In this document: piece after piece, positions 14,846-28,504 of the stretch
Layout of the letters: every line of letters starts with the position of its first letter
Numbering within the stretch: position 1 is the stretch's first letter
Origin: the human T2T-CHM13v2.0 reference genome, Homo sapiens
Strand: one strand, 5' to 3'
Assembly (NCBI RefSeq): GCF_009914755.1
Contig: NC_060926.1
Length of the DNA: 64,000 nt
Notes under the pieces: model-generated
What the model was told of the DNA's origin: nothing
The model's input: the letters and a program-made list of their open reading frames with translations, nothing else
Database searches by the model: none
Position numbers and translations under genes: made by a program

Positions 14846-17744
14846 AAAATCATATGCAGGATTGCTTAGATTTTTTTAAAAAAAGAAAAAGAATCATGAA
14901 AATTAAAATGAAAGAACTTGCATGGGCCCCAGTTTGTAACAAGAACTCATTGGGGGTGGACTCAGGGCAGCATGGAACAGGCCTCTCAGTGGTGTTCCTG
15001 GGACCATGGGCTGGGCCACCTTAAGGGAGGTCATGATGGCTAGGCTGGGCTGGGACTGGAGTGACCTCTCAAGTGAGGAGTTTTCAGTTCTATGTTGCTC
15101 TGTTTGGATTTACTTTTTTGGAAATACACAAAAATGCAGCCCGTGGGCCCCCAGGGCCAAGGGACTGGAGGTGGCCCCTGCTCTTGTTGCCTGCAGGTTG
15201 TGGTTGGGCTTGTCTGACATGCAGCATGACCAGGAAGGCTTTGTCAAGGCTGCTGTGTGCCTGGGGTCATTAGATCCTGGGATGACTGCCTGTGACTTAG
15301 GCCTGGTCCCTGCCCTTGGGGCCTGGCTGGTACTGAACTGGAGTCTGGTGTAGCTCCAGGCAGACTGAAAGGCCCCACCAGGGAGGTCTTCACACTGTCC
15401 CCGAACACAGAGGAGGCAGTGAGTGCCAGCCGGGCATCAGGCAGTGGGCTTGGGCTAAACCAGTGCAGTCCCCACCTCCCTGGCACTCCTGTTCCTGTGA
15501 GGAAGAATAGACAATCAACAAGTCAACACACAGGTGAAACACTTTGAGGGAGAGGTGCTATGAAGAAAATAGAGTGGGCATGAGAGGGTAACTGGGAGAT
15601 GCCCCCCACTGGGTACTGGGGAAGGCCTTTCCCAGGAGGTCCCATTTGAGAACTGAAAGCTTAGATAGCGTGAGCCTTAGGAAGCAGGTTTGCAGAGAAT
15701 ACAAGCAGTGCCATCTGGTAGGAGGGGCAGCATTGCCACGTCTTGGAGAAATACACCAGTCAATTGAGGAGTGAGCTGAGACTGGAAAGGCAGGCCAGAG
15801 GTGGGACAAGGAGCCTGACTCCACACTAAGGGCGAGAAGTCCCAGGCCCAGAGTGAGTGGGGAAGGCCCTAAGGGAGTTGTAGGATTAGAACCCAGATGG
15901 CATTCGCCTGTGTGGAGGGTGAACCTGAGCTTGGAGTCTTTCAGGAGTTGGAGAGAGGAGGAGGACAGGTTGGAGCACATGGAGTCATCCCTACCCTGCC
16001 CAGGCCTATGGATCGCACAGAGACGGATGGGCAGAGAGTCGTTCCCCATGCAGCGGGGCTCCTCCTGAGCTCCATTTTCGGGCCAGCTCTGTGCTGGGCT
16101 TGGGTGGGGCCACTGCAGGCCAAAGGAGGTGCTGAAACACATAGCACTCCTGCCTACCCCCACCAGGGGTGCCAGGGGGACAGCTGGCTTTCCGACAGGA
16201 CCCCCAGATGATATGTCGTGTCCGTGCCAATGAAGTCGAGGCAGGACTGAGGGACGAGTGTGTTTCTGAGGGATGGCATCCAGGACCAGTGCCAGCATTC
16301 CAGAGGCAGGGCCGCCTGTAAACACAGACAGGGGAGGTAGCTGTTTATGTGTTTGGTTTGAGGAAGGCTTCTCTGCCCACAGATACCTCTCCTGCCTCCC
16401 CAGCCCACTTTGGGATCAAGCCTAGAATTCCACCATTATAGGTTCATTCCTTTGGCTTGCAATACAAACATCCCAGTGAGGAGGTGATCCCTGAGCTGTC
16501 ACTGGTACTGAGCACCCCGTATGCCTTGGTAGGTCATCAGGACCTTTGCCATTCAACAGGACAGCCAGCCAGCACTCGCTGTGCCCAGTGTGTGGCCACT
16601 GTGATGGTTCTGGGTGTGTGAAGAGGGTCAGGTGCTGTCCACCCACTCTGGGGGAGACAGACGCAGGAAGGGATAATGAGTAATGAATTCTGTGAGAGAG
16701 TGGCCAGGAACAGAGGAGCACAGAGAAGACAGCAATGTGCATCCTTGGGCAAATCGAAAATCCCAAATCCCCTACCCTCTCTGGCCCTCGACATGATCGC
16801 TCAGGAGACAGTAGACGACACTGTCTCTGCAAGGCGAGTGAAGGCCAGCAAGGTGCTGGCCCTCAGAGGGTCTTTGGCAAAGGCTTTCTGCGGGGGCTGG
16901 AGGGGGGTAGGTCTAGGTTCAGCTGAGGCTGAAAGGAGGGCCAGGAGACCTTCAAAGGGACAGAGAAGGTGCAGGCAGACCAGGACGAGGAGGTTGGCAC
17001 AAAGGTGTGAGGCATGGGGCTGCCAAGAGCAGTTTGATCCAGGACAGAAGCTGGAGATTTGAGTTCAGAGAATGACACCTCAGGTCACTAGGGACTGGGC
17101 CTGGGGAGAGAGGAGGTGTCGTGGAAGAGAAATTCTGTGACATGGTTCCACCATTGGTTCTGGGGAGAAGATTCTCCTGCAGCTCAGAGGGGTCTCCCTT
17201 GAGAAAGGCCCTGGGCCTGTCTAGCAGGAGCAGCAGGCCTGCCAGTCTGCAAGGGCTGGCATGGGATTGCAATGCTGAGCTTTCTGGCTGTTTGGATCTG
17301 TTGTTTTTCTAAGTCACTAGTCCCTTGCATATTAAGAGAAAGAAGAGAGTGAAACCCAAAAGATGACATAATCATACTTTCCTTCATTTTCCAATGAAGG
17401 TCTCCCTTTTGCTTTTCCAAATTGTTGCTATCAGGAGAAAGACGCACATGGTTTCTGTATGACATGTGTTGAGCCTCTCTCCTCGCAGGCCCCAGGGGTC
17501 AGGTCCCCACCTTGGGACTTGCTTTGATTCTCACCTCCTGGCATCTGTGTGGGGTGCTGTCTGAATGGCATGGTTACAGGTGCAGCTGGCTAGGGTGGGT
17601 CTAGGGGACTGCATTTGCACGGTGGTGGTAGTGGGGATGTGGGTCCCCTATGAGATGGAGCAGCTTGGGGGTAACAGCCAAGATGTACAGGCACTTCCTG
17701 TCCATGGTGGCCTGTGGCTCCCCCGAGCCCATTTTTGTCTCCTC

Positions 17745-18030
17745 CTTCATTCTACCAGCATTTATCAAACACCTATTGTGTATCAGGGGCTATAGTGGGA
17801 AATAAGACAGATTCCTGCCCTCAAACTGCTCACATTCTGGTGGAAAAAAACCAGCCAAGAGTGTAGGAGTTACAGTGTAGAGAGGTAAGAGCACAAAAGG
17901 GCAGCCCAAGGGCAGGGCCGGGAGTCAAGGAGAGCTTCCTGGAGGAGGTGACTCCTGAGCTGAGTCTCAGAAGAGGAGCAGAAGTTTGGGTCAAAAATTT
18001 CTAGGCAAAGAGTACAGCAAGTGTGAAGGC
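17745..18030. mobile_element. L2 LINE 3' fragment. Similar L2 pieces near 5330, 15500-15800, 26000-26150, 49020-49220, 54940-55100
   Basis: 'ccttcattctaccagcatttatcaaacacctattgtgtatcagg...cctgccctcaa...ctcacattctggtgg...gcttcctggaggaggtgactcctgagctgagtct'. Confidence 0.7.
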
Positions 18031-18469
18031 AGTGACCCTGGCAGGCCCTGTCAGTTCACCTCCATCCTCTGGTCACACTTGGGTCCCACTTTTAAGAGGG
18101 TCTGCCTGCCAGTTCCAGCCACGCATAGCCTTCCCTTTCCTGAGGCCGACAGGATGTGTCATATCACCTGCCCAGTGCTGCTTCAAGGGGGGCTGCCCCA
18201 GTCATCTGCTGAGTGTGTGAGCAGTCCCCTCCCCTGCAGGCTGTGACAATCAGGGGAAATCAGGATCCCAGAAGAACCTTTGGAACCCTGAGGGGCTACA
18301 GCTGCAGAAGGGGTCGTGTTTCATGTCACCCATTATATTTGGTCTCCACGATGTGTATGTTCTGAGGTTTTCTGCTTTCAATGCCTGGGACACGCCTGAA
18401 GATGAGGAGAAACCAGAAGGAAGGCATGTGCACCAGAATGGACTTCTTGAGTGCTCGCTGTTTGCCTAG

Positions 18470-18655
18470 CATGGGGTTCTTAAATTATCAGGTGCATCAG
18501 AATCACCCAAGAGACTTGTTAAACATGAGATTCTGGGCTCCATCCTGAGTTTCTGACTCAGTAGGCCTGCGATGGGGCTTGAAAGTTTGCATTTGTAAGT
18601 CCCCAGATGCTGCTGCTGCTGCTGTTGGCCCAGAACACACTTGGAAAGCCTCTGG
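18470..18655. mobile_element. MER5A hAT-Charlie element
   Basis: 'gtgcatcagaatcacc...cttgttaaaca...gagtttctgactcagtagg...tttgcattt...gatgctgctgctgctg...acacacttgg'. Confidence 0.85.
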
Positions 18656-21015
18656 TTCAGCCCAGGGCTGGGCACTCTGGCCTGTCCAGGGCCAGCATGG
18701 GGCAGGACCCCTTCGTGGGCTGGCAGGAGCCCTGCACACCCTCCACACAGAGCAGGCTCCCCTCGAGGTCATCGCGGAATGACCCTGATTTCCTCATCTA
18801 ATTTGAGAGGAGGTTTATTTGGGCAAGAATAATAAAAAGCACAGCAAATGAGCAGAGGAAAACAGAACCCACCAGACATGCAAACTCACAGAAATAAACA
18901 ATTTGCCGATGATCAGGGAAGAGGCTACAGGAAGGAGTTTGTGCAGACAGCTCCTATGAGAAAATGGTCCCTGGGAGGTCCCAGAGGGCTTTCCGGCTGC
19001 ACGCTGACCCTGGAGGCAGCTGTCAGCTGTGGCACCATGGTTGTTCTCGTGCTTGGAGCTGTCTTCAAAGCCAGTGAGCGAGCCACTCAAGAAACTTGGT
19101 TGGTCAGGTGGCTTCACAGATGTACTCTGCTTTTTACCCAAACAGTCTGCACAGTGCATTGTCCATCAGCATGTGTACCCAGGGAGCACTGTGAATTCAG
19201 GGCCCTGTGTCTCCAGTACTCAGCATGGTTACAGAATGGGTGAAGGTGCAGTGAAGTGACACCCTCTTCCCATCACTAAGGATATTCACAAGGTTTAAAA
19301 ACAGTTCCCAAAGCAGGATTCCCAAAGACGCTCTCCAGAGAAACCGTGGAGCCCCCCAGGGGAATTGAGATGATGAAACTACTGCGAGCTCACTTTTCTT
19401 AGGGTTCCAGGCACTGCTTGGTTTTCCATGCACTGGATTATTTAATCCTCCAACAGCCCTGGTAACAGTCCCATAATCCTCACTGGACAGTGGGGGAAAT
19501 GGAGACCACAGAGGTGATGTGATGGGCCTGAGGTCCCACAGCTGGTAAGGGGTGGAGCAGCCTTCCAGCCCTGGCTCTCTGACCCTGGGCCTCTGCTCTG
19601 AGCCTCTGTGCTGGGCCTCCTCTCCACTCAGGAAGGCACACATATGTTCTATTAGGTTCATTAAGGAAAATCAGTTACCCTATTTAAAACACCAGCAGGC
19701 ACCATTTGTGCAGCGCCTACTTGGATCTGGGGACCTGGATTATCTCGTGCCATCTTGATAAAAGCAAGGTCACTGTGCTTGTCCCCAGTTTACAAAGGGG
19801 TCATTTGAGGCTCAGGGAGGGAGGTGACTTGAGCAGGGCTGTACAACTGGAACTGATCCCTGGGCTGCTGACTCCTCAGCCTGAGTTCTCCCTGCTGTCC
19901 ATCCCACACTTATTTTCCAACACCTCAGGCTGAGAAGCTGCCTGTTCTGCCTGCCTGGCTTCTCTCATGATGCCAGCCAGGAGGGAGTGAGGGCAGGGGG
20001 TGCCCACCTCTAGCAGCTCAGGCAGGTTCTAATGTGGGCATTGGCAGCGCCTTCTGGGATCAGAGCTGCTGTGCCACTCACCTTGCCACCCTTTGTTGCA
20101 CCTTCTAGCTCCTTCCTGTGGGGCTCCAGGTTGGGAATCAGGCCTCCCATTTATGGCAGGTGTGGGCCGACTGTGCCCGGGCCAGGAAGCAGGACGGCTC
20201 CTAGGTAGAGATTTGGATGGGGTTCTCACCATCATGGGCCTCGTTTTAAAGTGGACCTGCCCACCGCCCCGATCTCCACTGCCTGTAGACTTTGCAGTGT
20301 CCGGACCTGGCTTTGACCTGGGACCAGCCACTGTGTAAGGGAGCTGGCTCAGCTGCCTACAGAACACTCTCATGGCACCGGAACCTCCAGGGCCCCCTAA
20401 TCTCCAGGGACTGCAGTCCCGAGCCCTCTGTCATTCTACTTGCCTGACCACTGCCCTCCCATGGCTCTGCAGACCAGCGCTTTCCTGGGCTGCTCTGTTG
20501 GCTGTCCCACTGCATTCCTCAGGGGCGTCTGAAGAAGCCTCGTGTGGCTGGAATGGGGATAAAATCCAGACGGAAAGGCCTCTGATGAGGACTTGGGCCT
20601 TTGGTGTGCCTGGCTCACTTTCAGGCCTGGAGGGAATAGCCCTCTCTGGGTTGAACTGGGCCCAGAGGCCCTCTGATTTATATCAAGGTGGGAGCTGCCT
20701 GGGCAGGCAGAGATAATAAAGGTGTGGGCCGGGGCTTATGGAAGATGGGGTGGAGGGAAAGCTGGGCAGAAAAGCTCATCCTTCCATGCCTTTTGGCCAT
20801 GCTAGCCTAAAGACCAGGGGAAGGCTTAGAGCTTAGTGATGCACCCAAGACGTGCAGGGCTGTGGATCTTAACCTCTGAAGCCACTGCCCACTCTGTGGG
20901 CAGCTGCACATCACAAAGATCTAAACTGAAATGGCTATGGAGGAAAGAGGAGTGAGGTGGGGAGGAGGGTAGTGACAGAGAGATGACAGGAGGAAATATC
21001 CTGACTAGAGAGCTT

Positions 21016-21430
21016 CCATCCATTCAACCACCCACCTACCCATCTGCCCATCCACTTACCCATTTGCCCACCCACCTACCCATCTGCCCACCCACCCACC
21101 GACCCACCCACCTACCTATCTGCCCACTCACCTACCTACCCATCTGCCCACCCACCCACCCACCTACCCATCTGCCCACCCACCCACCCACCTACCTACC
21201 CATCTGCTCACCCACCCACCTACCTACCCATCTTCCCACCCAGCCACCCACCTACCCATCTGCCCGCCCACCCACCGACCCACCCACCTACCTACCCATC
21301 TGCCCACCCACTCACCCACCTATCCATCCATCCACCCACCCATTAACTGATCCACCTCACCCAAACACCCACCTACTCATCAACCCATCCATCCTACCCA
21401 AACACCTATCCATTCATCCACCCACCAGGC
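21016..21430. repeat. Degenerate C-rich tandem repeat (CCCA/CCTA/CCAT with recurring CCCATCTG)
   Basis: Recurring unit 'cccacccacctacccatctg' over ~400 bp. Confidence 0.93.
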
Positions 21431-23141
21431 CACCCCGCTATCCAATGCATTTTTCATCAATCACCTGCTATATTCCAGCATTTTCATCCAGGTCCCACCT
21501 CAGTGTAGCCCACAGGGGATCAACCCCCCCACCCCCACCCCCACCACCAGTTTCTGATCTCTTTTTGCACGCACAGCCTGATGGTGGCCCTGGGCCCTTG
21601 TAAACCCTCCTTCCCATTTTCTGATACTCTGCTTGTTTCTCCTCGTGGCCCACTGAGATAGTAAGCTCCTTCACTCAGAGTTGCGGTTGCTTCTAATTCC
21701 CTCGCACCTTTCTTAGAGCTCTCCTTGGAGGAGTTGCTCAGAGCATCTTTTGTGGGTCGATGGAAAGGTTACTGGGAAACTTCAGTTGTTTGAGACTGGG
21801 ATCACCTGGCCTCTGTGTAGGGTGGTCGAGGTGAGAAGGGAGCTCACGTTAGGTGAACACCTGCTGAGTGCTCAGGGGGCGGGGGAGAATGACAGCTTGG
21901 TGCTGGGGAAAGAACCCATGTTTGGAGCTGGCAGGGGTGGGATTGGTTCCCGGAGTTGATGCCAGCTGTGTGGCTTTCAACAAGTCACTTAAGCTTTCCG
22001 AGTCTCAGTGTTTTTATTTGTCAAGAAACAAAATATAAACAAACCTGAACAATTAAATGCACATGTAAGTACTCCTTGTGGTACTTGGCATGTGGCTAGT
22101 GGGTGATGGTCTCTCCCCATGCCCCCGCCATGTCCATAGATTTGAAGACTGATCAAGGCTACTTTGTTGAGTTAAAATGGGCATAGATGAAGCTTGGCTC
22201 TGGGTCAGGGCCAAGCTAGTGAACAACAATGGGCAGCCTCTGATGTTTCTGGCCTCTCGCCTCCACCCTTGTCCTGTCTCATCCTCTTGGCCACCGGCCT
22301 GCTAGTCCCCTGGGCAGGATGGGGGAAGAGACAAGCTGCTGAGTTGCTGGAGGGCAGGATGGCTTGGATTCAGCCTGCTGCCTTGCTGTGGACCCTGTGG
22401 CTCAGGCCCTCTGTGCAGCCCAGTGGCCGGAGGCTGGTTATCCATAAGCAGGAAATGGTGGAGGTGAGCTGAGCATGAGATGATGTCAGGAGATGTGGGG
22501 CAGGAGGCTGGGCTCTGGGGAGGGCCTGCAGTGCTGGGGGGCACAGGCATTTAATCAACTGAATTCCCACTGTCCTCTCTCCAACTCCATTTATTACCTA
22601 TTAAATAATTATCTCATTTGGAAAGTGTTTCTTAATGTAGGGCAGACTCTATCCCCAGGGCCATGGGTTTTGCAACGAGTTGTCTCCTGTGTGCGTGTTC
22701 CAGGCTTGGGCAGGACCGGAGCGTTCTTGCCCTGGCTGTGCCTCTGCCTGAACCAGGCTTTCCGGAGGCACGGTAAAGCGGGTGCCCCCTCCCCTCGACC
22801 TGGCTAATAGCCTCATTACAAGGGTTTTCTTAAGCAGTATTCTGTCTTCTAAAGGGGACTGCCTAGGGCTGGGCTTCTGAAGTTACTTGCTATTTTCTGG
22901 GACTCTGCCTTAGGATCTCCAAAACGTCTGAAAATGTCAGGGATGGGAGAGGCCTTTGTCGTTTTTACAGGTGAGGCCACTCAGGCCCTGAGATCACACA
23001 TTGAGTTGATGGCAAAAGCAGAAGCCTAGGCCTCCCGCCTGCAAATGCAGAGCTTGCTCTGCTTCATCTCCTTTTGTCTTGGAATGTCATTGGAGCTTAA
23101 GGGTGGCCCCTTCCCCTCTTGAAGGAAGGGCTGTTTCCTGA

Positions 23142-23512
<371 letters not shown>

Positions 23513-23710
23513 TTTTTTTTTTTTTTCTTTTGAGATGGAGTTTTGCTCTTGTCACCCAGGCTGGAGCGCAATGGCACAATCTCAGCTCACTGCAACCTCC
23601 GCCTCCTGGCCTCTTGGCCAGGCTGGTCTGGAGCTCCTGACCTCAGACGATCTGCCCACCTCAGCCTCCCAAAGTGCTGCGATGACAGGCGTGAGCCACC
23701 ATGCCCGGCC
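23513..23710 (-). mobile_element. AluS with internal deletion of the central A-rich linker region
   Basis: 'caacctccgcctcctgg' joins directly to 'ttggccaggctggtct'; TSD atactccct brackets both Alus (23201-23209, 23712-23720). Confidence 0.88.
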
Positions 23711-26700
23711 AATACTCCCTTTTTTGTTATTAATAAGTTATACAGACTTTCTAGAACATGTGCAAACAGTACTGAAGCACGTGTAGAAACACAAGCCTTG
23801 CCCCTCTGTCTGCTCCCCAGAGGTCATGGTGGTGGTCAGGCAGGTGCACGCCCTCCTCCTGGCTGTGGTGTGAGGGTGGATTGAAGGGGACCAAGGAGAG
23901 TGCATCGGAGTGCATCATTAAGGTCCTCTAGGCAAGAAGCAGAGGTAATGGACCAGGGTGGGCTTCAGATTTGTCTTCCAGTTTCAGGTGTTTAGAGTAA
24001 GGTCAAGCGGTCAGTACCACAGCGTGCCCTGAGGATGGCTTCGGTCAGTTCCAGTACCCCCAAGGAGCTGCATGAAGGTCTCACCTCATCCTATCACCTA
24101 CCCTGGGCTTCTTCATCTGCAGGGTGGGGCTCACTGTCCTCAGGTCCTGAGATTCTCTCAGGCCCCCAACACAGGCCCTGGGGCTGCCCATGATCAGGCC
24201 AGCTGTCAGTGTCCATTGCAGAAGCTCAGAGGGCCCCCTGGGACTTGGCTCCCTTTCGAGATTCTGGGAGCAGACTACAGCAGCGGTCACTGACCCTGGA
24301 GTGGTCATGGGCCACTTTGAGGAGTTGGATAGCTTGAAGGATGAATGGCTGAGCTGCAGGGAGAGATCTGGGGAGGGCATTTCAGGCAACGGTTCTGGTG
24401 GGTCAAAAGATGCAGGAGGGACCTGGGTGTAGCCTGTTTGCCTGCAAGAAGGCCCTGTGTGGAAGAGGCAGGGTTCCTTATGGATCCTGGGCCTGGCCCA
24501 TTGTTAACAGGGAGCCGTCTGGGACTCTAGAGCAGTGAGGGGGCAGCCCAGGTACAAGACACATGGTGATGAGGAAGGAGCTAGGGTCAGACCCTGGCTC
24601 GGCCACTTGGTTTCCTGAGGCCCTGCGTGGATTACCCCATTTCTAATATGGCCAGGGTTAATGTACCTGGCCCAAGGATTGTTGTGAAAATTAGAGATCC
24701 GTTATGGCCAGCACACAGGAGTGTGCAATGGTGATGCAAATGATATAAATGATGATGAATGAGGCAGAAGCTGGACCACTCTGCCTTTAAAATCCTGAAG
24801 CCCTAGACGCCCACCCTAATCATGAGAGCTGTCATTTATTATGCAATGACTGGGTGATGATTAGAGCCCATTTACCCTCTGCAAGAGAGTCTCTATCACC
24901 CATTTTACAGGTGAGGAACCCGAGTTTCCTGATGTCTCTGAGGCCATGTAGCCCATGAGTGACGGAGTGCGAATTCCATTCTGTGCTGTCTGTTCAGTGT
25001 GGTTCATATTCTACCAGACTCCAGCCCTGCCTGTGAAACCCCATATGTAGTGGGTGCTGACGTGAATATGAAATAGCAGGTGTGCCCCATGAGAGAAGCT
25101 CAGCAGGCCCCTGCAGGCTTCCTGGAGGCACCTCCTGTAGTATGGCCCTTGGATGGGCCTGCTGCCCCTGTGATTCAGCTCCAGGTGGAGCCTGGGAGGG
25201 GTCCCAGTCCTGGGCCTGTGGCTGGAGTCGCCCACGCTATAGTCATCCAGTCTCCTGTCAAGATCTTTTGCTCACTCAACTTGCTTTTTAAAACAAAAAA
25301 GCATCCAAGTGGTTCAGTCTCCAAGCCTGGGCTGCTCTTGGGCCCTCTTGAGAATTTGGACACCAGGGTTTGCTGATTGCCACAGCAGGGATTAACCCTC
25401 CACGGCCCGTGGCATTCTCCCAGCTCGCTGACCCTGGGGGAACCGGGGCCTGCTGAGCTGAGCCCTTTGTTAATACAGACGAAAAAGGCATTAACCTGCC
25501 GGTCCTGAGGCTGTCCACCGCAGAAATGTGACTTCCCTGCCTGCACGTTAAGTGCTAATATGCTCACTAGCTGGCCTGTCCACCCCACAGACTCATTACC
25601 GCCTGACCACAGTGGAATTGCAGAGCCAGGCAGGGGTTGTGTCTGCAGGCTCTGGCAGCTCGGCAGATTTCAATGAGATGATCGCTTGTCATTTCTTATT
25701 AATGAGCGAGTGCCTGATTCATTATACATCTGAGGGGTGAACCACCCCAGATGGGGAGGAGGAACACGGAGATGTGCAGGCACCACAGAAGGGGTGACGT
25801 GGCCCGTGTGTGAGTCTTTTCTTCCTCTTTCTTCCTGCAAGAAACAACTAAGAAAAGCTTTCCCGCTTTGGCAGGCAAGGCTTGGGTGACAGGCTATGTA
25901 ATGGTGAAGGGGAGGCAGCCCCATGGCAAAGGGAAATTATCGCATAGAGGGCAGATGTCTATGCAGGAGGGCTTCCAAGGAGACCTGGAATGAATGTGGG
26001 GTGAGCCCTGGCCCAAAGGCATTTGCTAAATGTTTGTGGAATAAACAAATGCCTACACAGGAAATGCCTCCTAACATAAGGATGCAGTTCGCCCACCCCT
26101 CCGCCAGGCTCCTGCTGTGTGCCAGGCATTGCACGAGGTACTGGGGACACAGCAGGCCTTGCCGTCTGGGGGCTCCAGGGACTCCTGGGTTATGTCTGCC
26201 CTGCCACTAAGGTATCCGTGTGACTTCAGGCATCCCTGTTTCCTTATCTGTAAAACATGCTGAGCTGTGCGTGACCCCATCTCTCTGTCTTCTGTGGGGT
26301 GGATTGGCAAGAGCTGTGGGAGCCGGAGCCCTTGTGGGTCCATCGTGAGCACTTTGTGTGTAGGTGGGCCGGTGAGGGTGCTGAGCTGGGCAGGTGGGGG
26401 GCCAAGCCTGGGCCTTCTCAGATCTTTGAGGAAATGCACAATATCTTATTCATTATCGCTTCACTGGTGCCTGTGCAGGGCAGGCACTCCGAGGTTCTGG
26501 GTGAGCGAGTGTGGGGTTAGCAATACAGCCAAAGTGGAAGGCTGGCCCCGGCTCAGAGCGGGGCTCCTCCCGCCTAAGAGGACAGCCTGCTCAGACCTCC
26601 AGCTAATAGGGCTGGTGGCAAATTGTACTTTGTGTTCATTGGTAGCATGAGATTGTAGCTCGTATCTCTTTCCCTCCCTGGCTCCCCAGTCGGAGGGAGC

Positions 26701-28235
26701 TTCCAGAGGCAGTGGAGCAGCTGGGGATCAGCTCTGCCCCTTGCCAGCTGCAAAAACTCAAGTCTTGGGTTTTCATCCATGTTAACAACATCTGCTTCAT
26801 AGGCCTGCAAGGTGACCAGAGCGCCTGGAAGGGGCTATTGCTGTGGTTGAGCCATTGGAGGACTTGGCTTAGACAACTCACAACTTGGACTTAGTCAAGA
26901 CCAATGAGAGGACAACATGCCTACTGATGGATTAACAGGAGTTTCTGGGAGACCCTGGAAGCATGAAGCCCACAAGTTCCCTAAAGAGGAGCAATTGCAG
27001 GCATTTCTCCGGCAGCCGACCACTGCCCCTCAGGACCCTTGCATGCCTTGGCTCCGGCCAGTGCCCGTGTTGCCCCTGGTCAAGGGCTGCCTGACCCAGT
27101 CAGTGCTTGCCTCTTCCTGACCGCGGTCTCCACCCCACACCTGTGATTGCACAACCCCAGGGCTGTAGAATCCACCACGGGCCGTCTCTCCTGCTATGAT
27201 GAGAGCCTGCCTTGCTTCAAGCACTAGGACTCCACGTGAAGAACACACAGTTCTTTATTCTGTTTTAATCAGATGCTTAATGATTTTCAGTCTACTTAAT
27301 TACTAGTATTGTATTTTTTAAATAGAGGTTTTAACTGCATCTATGTAGTATCTTAGCCACAATGTGGATTATCTGGGCATTTGTGGGCTAACATGGAAAG
27401 CTACTCATATTATGTTACATTATTTTTTATGGGAAAATGCATTTAAGTTCCAAATCATTGATTTATAATATGTCGACCTTTGAGAACACAGTTCATTTGT
27501 AAGTGGGAATAGCCTGTATTCAGAACAACATAAAGGGTCTGATATGTCCTGGGAACAGCACAGATAAGCTGAGTCACAGGAGGGCGAGGCCGAGGCAGCC
27601 CTTCCAGGAAGCCTTTTGCTTGGAGGAGGAGTTGATGGGGCTGAGGCGTCAATGTGAACAGGAGAGAGGGTGGCGTCTGCTGTGTCTGCTGTGTCTGCGG
27701 GCATATTAGGGTCAATGGAAAGGCCAGTTTGGCAGCAAAATGACTTGTGTGTGGAGGGCGGCTGGAGAAGTAGACAAATTCCCAAGGGCAGTCACTGGAC
27801 TTAGAGGTTACCTACTGGGCTTTGGTGGAGCCAGGGAAAGTTCTGGGTGTGGAGAGTCCTGGTGGCAGCCTGCAGGAGGAGGCTCTGTGAGGGCCCGTGT
27901 GGGGACACTGGTAGGATGCCATGGTCTTCCTGCAGGGCTGGCACACACAGACGGGAGGGCTGCTTCCAGGAAAGGTAGTTCTGGGAGACACTGTCCCCTG
28001 GGACAAGAGCACACAGGCTGGTCTTGACTGTAGTTTTGTTGCCTGGCTGTGTCCGTTTCCCACCTGCTGTTTTTTACATGGGTTGCTCAGGGCCAAGGCA
28101 GCTCCAGCTGATCCCATCTCCAACCTCTGCCCCTGCAAGTCCTGCTCTGTGCAGAGCCCATGTGTCTCGATGGCTGAAGGTAGGGGTCGAATGGGGATTG
28201 GAGTGGGCTTGCCAGAGGCACTCCCACCCTCTCTT

Positions 28236-28504
<269 letters not shown>

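Noticed and set aside
15706-15724. CTCF-like motifs here (minus strand CTACCAGATGGCACTG) and at ~56488-56507
   Set aside because: Mismatches at core positions; not supportable without ChIP data.
15558-16325. 255-aa minus-strand ORF
   Set aside because: Overlaps L2-like sequence, has no recognisable domain or exon boundaries, and is expected by chance in GC-rich DNA.
20983-21603. 206-aa Pro/Thr/His-rich ORF
   Set aside because: Product of the CCCA-type simple repeat.
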